Positions 6,195 through 12,092 of a stretch of DNA of 12,092 bases are shown here, one piece after another. The position numbers were made by a program, and so were the translations under genes. The notes beneath the pieces were generated by a model. The model was not told the origin of the DNA and ran no database searches. It saw only the letters and a list, made by a program, of their open reading frames with translations. The stretch spans positions 1 to 12,092 of the forward strand of contig JAYEMF010000092.1 in NCBI GenBank assembly GCA_034717975.1. The letters are read 5' to 3'. Source of the stretch: Campylobacterota bacterium. GTDB taxonomy: Bacteria > Campylobacterota > Campylobacteria > Campylobacterales > Sulfurimonadaceae. Each line of letters starts with the position of its first letter. Within the stretch, counting starts at the first letter, position 1.

Positions 6195-7694
6195 GTGATC
6201 GATACCCAGCTGGTTGAACAGACACTTAAGAAGCTTGAAGAGCTCGTTCCCATAGATATGTACGCCCTTGACTTTACTACTGATCACTATAAGGCATTAA
6301 TGGAAATGCTGGTGGATGAGTACAGTGCTGAGTACCTCGATGATAACCGTGGTGCGATTAAAGAGGCGATTGTACGTATCTTTTCTGATTCACTGCAAAC
6401 GATCACCATTGCACTGCTTGAAAGTGGTATTCAGATTGAAAAAGCTTTTGTTTATCCTAAAAAAGATGAACACTTTGATCGGATGTTGCATAAAGTAACG
6501 ATGCGGCTGTTGACGGTTGAGGACAATCCTACCGTCTTTAAACCCGTTGATTATCTCTGGATCCTTCCTGCAGATGTACGTTCAGACCTTTTTGGCTCTT
6601 TTCGCAAGGTGAAACTGGATGTTGCACAGGAACGTGAATATATCCGAGAACGCATTGTCGAAGTCTTTGAGCTGGAAAGTCAGGATATTGTTCTGTTTTT
6701 GCGCAGTTCCATCTACATACTCTACTATGTCCCACCCACCATAGTCAGAGAGGGAGAAGATAAACGTTATGCAGGCCAGGACCCCGAAGAGATGGAAATG
6801 CTTTTCAATCAGCTCTTCCCTGATGGAGCATGGGAGCTTATTGAAAGCTACATGGATGGCATTTTTGCAGATAAACTGGATTTTACCAGAATCGATAACG
6901 AGACCTTCATTGAGACCTTTATCCCTGTTTTCAGGTCAATGATCGAAATTTTGCTGGTCGAGTATGCATCACAGATCGAAAGTGAAAAAGTCGAGGGGCT
7001 GGTAGGATATGTTTTACGTCAATATTTTGATGACATTCTGATTGCCACCGCCTGGGAAGTGTTGGCGCTCTTTCAGGAACGTGACCGCAATGCCGAAGCT
7101 TTTATCCGTTATTTCAAAGATGAAATTATCATTAACGAAAAAGGGAAAAAGATTCAGAAACATGCCATCATCGATGAAAAAGGACAAAAATGGAACCACA
7201 ACTCCATTTTGTCAACCTTTATGCAGTATGAGCAGGCAGAAAAGCGGATGGTAAAGCAAAAAGAGAAGATTGCGACGATTGTCAATCGGCTTGATGAAGC
7301 AAAAAACGTATTTAGTTCGGAAAAAAATGGCCGTTTCAAAGTGAGTGCTGAGGTTAAAGAGGCTCAGATGCTGGTGATTCAAAATCAAAATCTGATCGAT
7401 CAGTTCGAACACAAAATAGAAGAGTTGAAAGAGAAGAGTGAAGAGAACATTATGCGTCTCACCCGGCTGAAAAAAGAGCGTGAAACCGTGCTTGAACGCA
7501 GCAGACTTGCCAGCAATAATGCCGACTATGCCAACCGGCGCTATAAGAACAAGCAGATCGATATGCAAAACTGGGAAAAACAGTATCAGGCGAACCAGAC
7601 GCTGCTTCAGGAGATAGAGGAGCAAAATGAGGAGCTTATGCATAAAGTTGAACTTATCGTTAAAGCACTTGCTACGGTAATGACAAAGCGCTAG
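6195..7694 (+). CDS. hypothetical 499-aa soluble protein with long C-terminal coiled coil
   Basis: AAGGAG SD plus GTG. Acidic helical N-terminal region; last ~150 aa are E/K/Q/R-rich with heptad character. No NTPase motif recognised. Confidence 0.88.
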   Translation: MIDTQLVEQTLKKLEELVPIDMYALDFTTDHYKALMEMLVDEYSAEYLDDNRGAIKEAIVRIFSDSLQTITIALLESGIQIEKAFVYPKKDEHFDRMLHKVTMRLLTVEDNPTVFKPVDYLWILPADVRSDLFGSFRKVKLDVAQEREYIRERIVEVFELESQDIVLFLRSSIYILYYVPPTIVREGEDKRYAGQDPEEMEMLFNQLFPDGAWELIESYMDGIFADKLDFTRIDNETFIETFIPVFRSMIEILLVEYASQIESEKVEGLVGYVLRQYFDDILIATAWEVLALFQERDRNAEAFIRYFKDEIIINEKGKKIQKHAIIDEKGQKWNHNSILSTFMQYEQAEKRMVKQKEKIATIVNRLDEAKNVFSSEKNGRFKVSAEVKEAQMLVIQNQNLIDQFEHKIEELKEKSEENIMRLTRLKKERETVLERSRLASNNADYANRRYKNKQIDMQNWEKQYQANQTLLQEIEEQNEELMHKVELIVKALATVMTKR

Positions 7695-7710
7695 TTAGAG
7701 GTACCCATAA

Positions 7711-8007
7711 CTATTTATCTGGTTTTTTATGAAACTTCTGCCACTTGCACCGTTTTTTATTTTTGATGGTGTAGATGTTGTACTGGAATTTTCTGCCGCA
7801 CTCCTGACATTCGAAGATGGCACGGTTCTTATAGGCCATATAGCGTACGAACAGAAAGTTACCGACCTGATCACCTGCTTTGTAGAGGATCTTCTCGTTT
7901 TTGAGAGCTTCTTCTTCGGCACTTTTGGCATCTTCTTGCTGTTTGAGCAGCCAGGCGGGAGCTTCATCCTCCTCAAAATCATCGGTGTCCGCTGTGTAGC
8001 GATCCAT
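7711..8007 (-). CDS. small hypothetical protein with putative Zn-binding motif (CX2CX16CX5H)
   Basis: 98 aa, acidic N terminus, basic C terminus with CQEC...C...H. Starts 5 nt after the stop of the upstream gene. Confidence 0.75.
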   Translation of the reverse strand: MDRYTADTDDFEEDEAPAWLLKQQEDAKSAEEEALKNEKILYKAGDQVGNFLFVRYMAYKNRAIFECQECGRKFQYNIYTIKNKKRCKWQKFHKKPDK

Positions 8008-8012
8008 AACGT

Positions 8013-8450
8013 TTAAAATATTTCCGATGGGAAGCCGACGGGAATGGGATCATGCAGCTTGACCATGATCTTCTCTCCCGTCTTTTCAGAACGGTAGAGC
8101 TGATAGGGGATGTAGAGATAACGTGCTGAAAGTTTTTCATGGGCTGATCGGCGCTCTTCAATATGGACGCGAAGCCCTTCGGAAACAGCGGGGTTGAAGT
8201 TTGAGGGGATAGTGACCCTTGCAAGAAGGGCAATAGCTTCTATCTCACCCTTTAAGACTTCTGCTTTAAGGATGTCGAGAAGCTGTTCATATCTTCTGTC
8301 ATCTTCTACTTCATCGCTGTTGAAACTTTTGATCGTTTTAGTAGTGTCGATGGCCATGGCAAACGGTGTTAGCGACTGTGAGTTCTCCAGCCGCTCGACA
8401 GCAAAACCGACACACTCCTCGACCATGCTGAAAAGCAGTTCGTCATCCAT
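8013..8450 (-). CDS. hypothetical protein
   Basis: 145 aa, AAGGA SD at 8460-8456, gaTACAAT -10 box at 8475-8468. Confidence 0.85.
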   Translation of the reverse strand: MDDELLFSMVEECVGFAVERLENSQSLTPFAMAIDTTKTIKSFNSDEVEDDRRYEQLLDILKAEVLKGEIEAIALLARVTIPSNFNPAVSEGLRVHIEERRSAHEKLSARYLYIPYQLYRSEKTGEKIMVKLHDPIPVGFPSEIF

Positions 8451-8510
8451 GTAAATCCTTTGGAATAATTGTATCGAAAGAAGCTGTTAGAGATAGTTAA
8501 CTTACAGTAA

Positions 8511-8518
8511 AGTATAAT
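8511..8518 (+). promoter_or_regulatory. putative -10 box of the moxR operon
   Basis: TATAAT at 8513-8518 followed by a GC-rich ACGCGC stretch, about 130 nt before the ATG. Confidence 0.55.
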
Positions 8519-8646
8519 ACGCGCTAATTATATATTTGGTACGCCTGATCAGCAAAGCTCATCAGGCTACGTTAACACTAAGTTTACTTTAGCAGCAGGC
8601 TCACGCATAGATGGACCATGCTTGTAATCATAAATAAGGCAGAAGA

Positions 8647-9594
8647 ATGTCAGAAAAAATCATTGCTATCAAAGCAGAAGTTGCCAAGGTCGTTGTAGGC
8701 CATGAGAAGATGATCGACGGGTTGCTGATCGGGCTGTTGTGCGAAGGGCATATCCTTATCGAAGGGATTCCCGGACTGGCAAAAACGACAACGGTCAAAG
8801 CACTCTCAGAGAGCCTTGGACTTGGATTTAAACGGGTGCAGTTTACCCCGGATCTTTTACCAAGTGATATTCTCGGTGCAGAGATCTATGATCCGAAGAG
8901 TAATGAGTTCAAGATCAAACACGGTCCGGTCTTTACCAACCTTCTTTTGGCCGATGAGATCAACCGTGCCCCGGCAAAAGTACAGTCCGCTCTGCTGGAA
9001 GTGATGCAGGAGCGTCAGGTGACTATCGGTGAAGAGAGTTTCAAACTTGAACCGCCTTTCTTCGTTATGGCGACGCAGAACCCGGTTGAGCAAGAGGGTG
9101 TCTATCAGCTTCCCGAAGCCCAGCTTGACCGTTTTATGCTGAAGCTCAATGTCGCTTACAATACGAAAGAGGAAGAGCTTGCCATTGCCCGCCGCATCGC
9201 CAATAAAACGCATGAGAGCATCTCTGCGGTCGTTACCCATGAAGAGCTTGTTGAGTTGAAAAAAGAGGTTGCTGAAGTTCACATTGACGAAGAGGTTGAA
9301 ACCTATATGATTGAACTGGTTACGGCAACACGCGATCCGAAGCTCTATGGTCTTGAAGAGATCGCCGACTATATCCAGTTTGGGGCATCACCGCGTGTCA
9401 GTATCGATATGTTCAAAGCGGTCAAAGCGATGGCCTATCTGCGCGGAAAAGATTTTGTCACACCGGTCGATGTCGCTTACATCGCCAAAGATATCATGCG
9501 TCACCGTATCGTACTCACTTATGAAGCGGAAGCAGAAGGTGTTACGACCGATGAGATCATCGGCAAAGTGCTTGAAGCAGTAGCGATACCTTAG
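8647..9594 (+). CDS. moxR: MoxR-family AAA+ ATPase
   Basis: Walker A GIPGLAKT, RVQFTPDLLPSD, Walker B LLADEINRA, ATQNPVEQEG, LPEAQLDRF, GASPR. Confidence 0.97.
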   Translation: MSEKIIAIKAEVAKVVVGHEKMIDGLLIGLLCEGHILIEGIPGLAKTTTVKALSESLGLGFKRVQFTPDLLPSDILGAEIYDPKSNEFKIKHGPVFTNLLLADEINRAPAKVQSALLEVMQERQVTIGEESFKLEPPFFVMATQNPVEQEGVYQLPEAQLDRFMLKLNVAYNTKEEELAIARRIANKTHESISAVVTHEELVELKKEVAEVHIDEEVETYMIELVTATRDPKLYGLEEIADYIQFGASPRVSIDMFKAVKAMAYLRGKDFVTPVDVAYIAKDIMRHRIVLTYEAEAEGVTTDEIIGKVLEAVAIP

Positions 9595-9595
9595 A

Positions 9596-9767
9596 GTGAC
9601 GCTTTGTGTCACGGGAAAGAGAGAAGCGTGAAGAGGAAAGAGGGTGCCTTCGGCATAGTAATGAATGAAGAGGAAAAAAGTGAATGATTAATTATAAAAG
9701 TACAGTATGTATGTTTTTTCCCCTTTCCCCTTTCCCCTCTCCCCTCTCCCGCACCTTAAAAAGGTGT
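9596..9767. repeat. structured intergenic element with 7-nt-periodic purine and pyrimidine arms
   Basis: Purine arm 9612-9644 (GAAAGAG-like heptads), pyrimidine arm 9721-9751 (CCCTYTC x4 + CCG), small hairpins at 9596-9612, 9644-9656 and 9751-9767. Confidence 0.75.
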
Positions 9768-9771
9768 ATCT

Positions 9772-10605
9772 ATGGGTAAGTTACAGAAAATTCTCGTCCG
9801 TGCGCGCCGTCAGGTCTTTAGCGAGATGGTCGGTAACAACCCTTCCATCTTCCAGGGTGAAGGGTATGACTTTATCGAGATGCGTGAGTATCAACCGGGT
9901 GACGATATCCGACATATTGACTGGAAAGTCACGGCGAAGATGCGCCACCCTTATATCAAGATCTTTCGCGAAGAGCGTGAACTCAATGTCGTTATGGCGA
10001 CGATGCTCAACGGAAGCGTCCATTTCGGATCGAAAAAATTCAAGCAGGAGCTCATTGCGGAGTTGGCTGCTCTGATCAGCTTCTCGACTCTGCGTAATGG
10101 GGACCTCCTCAGCTCTTATACTTTCGCCGACAGACTCTATGAGCATCATAAACCGACAAAAAAGATGTACTCCGTACAGAAAAATGTTGAGACCGTACTC
10201 AATTTTGATGCGTTGAACAAGCAGGCTGATTATGCCTTGATGGCCGAGACACTCTTTAAACGGCTCAGACGCAAATCTCTGATCATCATCATCGGTGATT
10301 TTTTTGAGATTCCCGATTTCCGTCTCCTGGCCAAAAAACATGAAGTCCTTGCGGTGATCGTACGTGATCATATAGAAGAGGCACCGCCGCCGTTTGGCTT
10401 CTCGTCATTGATGGACCCTGAGTCGGGACAGGCACTCGAAGGTGATTTCAACAGCCGCAGTGTGAATGCCTACAAGGCAAAAGTACATGCGCATGATCAT
10501 GCACTCTATGAGCGTTTTCGCAAAGATCAGGTCAGATTCATCAAAGTCTATACCGATGACGTGGCCAGCGTGCAGTTACGCCGGCTTTTTGAGGGACGCC
10601 AATGA
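9772..10605 (+). CDS. DUF58-domain protein (MoxR partner)
   Basis: GEGYDFIEMREYQPGDDIRHIDWKVTAK, FREERE, IIGDF; directly downstream of moxR. Confidence 0.95.
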   Translation: MGKLQKILVRARRQVFSEMVGNNPSIFQGEGYDFIEMREYQPGDDIRHIDWKVTAKMRHPYIKIFREERELNVVMATMLNGSVHFGSKKFKQELIAELAALISFSTLRNGDLLSSYTFADRLYEHHKPTKKMYSVQKNVETVLNFDALNKQADYALMAETLFKRLRRKSLIIIIGDFFEIPDFRLLAKKHEVLAVIVRDHIEEAPPPFGFSSLMDPESGQALEGDFNSRSVNAYKAKVHAHDHALYERFRKDQVRFIKVYTDDVASVQLRRLFEGRQ

Positions 10606-11024
10606 ATCCTAACACACCGACACTGCCCAGCGCACCCGATATTCCGCTGCACGATATCAAGCCGCTTATCGAAGTGCCGGACAACTCCTTTATCTGGTTC
10701 ACCTCACTGTTGGGATTGGCAGCCATTTTCATACTGGCGCTGCTCTATCTGCTCTGGCGGTTTCTGCGCCGAAGCAAAGCAGAAAATATCCGTAAAGAGC
10801 ATTATCAGGCCCTTCAGGAGATCAGTTTTGCTGATCCCAAACAGGCAGCTTACGCTATGACCCGCTATGGCTTGACCTTTGCCGATGATGCACCGCGTAC
10901 TAAGGAGAGCTACAGCAATCTGATTGAACGTCTTGCCCCTTACAAATATAAAAAAGCGGTGGACCCGATCGATGATGAGACCATCGGCTACTACAGGATT
11001 TATATAGAGATGATCGATGTTTGA
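10602..11024 (+). CDS. small Bat-operon membrane protein (DUF4381-like)
   Basis: PLHDIKP motif followed by one TM helix and basic residues. ATGA overlap with DUF58, usual position before batA. Confidence 0.8.
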   Translation: MNPNTPTLPSAPDIPLHDIKPLIEVPDNSFIWFTSLLGLAAIFILALLYLLWRFLRRSKAENIRKEHYQALQEISFADPKQAAYAMTRYGLTFADDAPRTKESYSNLIERLAPYKYKKAVDPIDDETIGYYRIYIEMIDV

Positions 11025-11943
11025 CGGTTTCTATTTCGAGTTTCCGAAGTTGTTGTTTGTTGTCTTCTTTTTTATCGCCTGTGCGACGCTCTGTAAGCTG
11101 AAGCTTCCTTCCATCTATTTTCCGCATACCGCACAGTTTGTCAAAGAGTCAGCCAGTGCATCGAAACTGCTTTTCTTTTTAAAGTGGCTGGGCATTGTAA
11201 TGTTGGTGTTGGCCTTGATGTCACCGGTGAAAGATGAGGAGATCCAGGTGAAGCCTGATCAGGGGTATGATATTGCCCTCGTGATCGATGCAAGTCAGTC
11301 GATGAGTGCCAAAGGCTTCGATGAGAACGACCGTTCTCTCAATCGCTTTGACGTGGTGCAGAGTATTGTGGGTGATTTTATCAAGGAGCGTACAAACGAT
11401 AATCTCGGTGTCGTTGTCTTTGGCAAATACTCTTTTGTCGCTGCACCGTTGACCTATGATCAGAAGATCCTGAAACAGGTGGTCGCTCAGCTTTACATCG
11501 GGATCGCCGGTAAGTTTACGGCACTCTACGAAGCGATTGCGCAGTCTGTGAACCTGATGAAAGAGTCCAGGGCCAAGAGTAAAATAGCCATTGTGCTGAC
11601 GGACGGGCACAATACTCCCGGCGGAAAAGTTCCGCTTGAAGTGGCGCTTGAACTTGCAAAAAAAGAGAAGATCAAGGTCTATACCATCGGTATCGGAGGA
11701 GCAAACGAATATAACGGCGCACTGCTCAATGAGATCGCTGTAGAGACGGGTGGTGTGGCATTTGGTGCGGGCAGTGCGAAAGAGCTGAAAAAGGTCTATG
11801 CAAAAATTGATGAACTGGAGAAGTCCGAGATCGATACCAACAGCTATACCTATAAGAGCTATTACTATCTCTATCCGGTTTTCATCGGATTTTTCAGCCT
11901 TCTGTTCTATATCTATCTGCGGAACAAAAGGGGCTGGGCATAA
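11017..11943 (+). CDS. batA: BatA-like VWA-domain membrane protein (copy 2)
   Basis: F-E-F-P N-terminal motif, two hydrophobic segments, MIDAS DASQS, TALYEA, VLTDGHN, C-terminal TM helix. Confidence 0.9.
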   Translation: MFDGFYFEFPKLLFVVFFFIACATLCKLKLPSIYFPHTAQFVKESASASKLLFFLKWLGIVMLVLALMSPVKDEEIQVKPDQGYDIALVIDASQSMSAKGFDENDRSLNRFDVVQSIVGDFIKERTNDNLGVVVFGKYSFVAAPLTYDQKILKQVVAQLYIGIAGKFTALYEAIAQSVNLMKESRAKSKIAIVLTDGHNTPGGKVPLEVALELAKKEKIKVYTIGIGGANEYNGALLNEIAVETGGVAFGAGSAKELKKVYAKIDELEKSEIDTNSYTYKSYYYLYPVFIGFFSLLFYIYLRNKRGWA

Positions 11944-12092
11944 TGTCGTTTAAGTCAATATTTAATGAGAACAGTTTGACACGAGCAATACAGAGCACAA
12001 ACAGTGCGGGGGCCTACTGCCGAAGTACACCAAGTGTGAACGTAGGTAAACGGGCTTTGCTCGGTTGGCGTTTCAAAAAAGGTTGGGCATGA
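11943..12092 (+). other. palindromic insert spanned by a 49-aa ORF and flanked by an imperfect 17-bp direct repeat
   Basis: ORF MSFKSIF...KKGWA from the TAATG overlap to TGA 12092, nested inverted repeats, 14/17 match between 11925-11941 and 12074-12090. Confidence 0.6.

Noticed and set aside
6316..7643. Short ORFs nested in the 499-aa gene, including the Leu/Phe-rich 7212-7643
   Set aside because: The hydrophobicity is the antisense image of Glu/Lys/Gln codons in the coiled coil.
7695..8454. Alternative ORFs 7695-7982, 7729-8016, 7979-8233 and 8194-8454
   Set aside because: They overlap the better-supported 7711-8007 and 8013-8450 pair, which tile as a two-gene unit behind an SD and -10 box.
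9612..9751. CRISPR array or intrinsic terminator
   Set aside because: The repeats are 7-nt tandem units without spacers, no cas genes are present, and no hairpin is followed by a U-tract on the coding strand.
8816..11610. Nested ORFs in moxR, DUF58 and batA copy 2, including 9707-10075 and 9781-10371
   Set aside because: Shadow frames of strongly motif-supported genes; the Pro/Phe start of 9707-10075 is just the heptad repeat.

Overview
Bacterial chromosome window, probably Campylobacterota (Sulfurovum/Sulfurimonas-like; inferred from tRNA sequences, gnTAnAAT promoters and gene content). The AT-rich left ~1.47 kb looks like the edge of a genomic island integrated at tRNA-Glu. It holds a 5'-truncated SF2 helicase/restriction-type gene, a 20-aa hydrophobic micro-ORF, an orphan tRNA 3' half (Asn-like) and a tandem 10-bp direct repeat. 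A tRNA-Lys/tRNA-Glu unit on the minus strand follows, with a perfect sigma70 promoter. The rest is two Bat/MoxR-type modules: batA-batB/C-batD-like (1874-5431) and moxR-DUF58-small membrane protein-batA-like (8647-11943), separated by five hypothetical genes. The least ordinary features are structured inserts or micro-ORFs at operon junctions (5421-5486, 9596-9779, 11943-12092), which keep start/stop overlaps with their neighbours, and two 7-nt-periodic inverted repeats. No CRISPR array, rRNA, transposase or integrase is visible.
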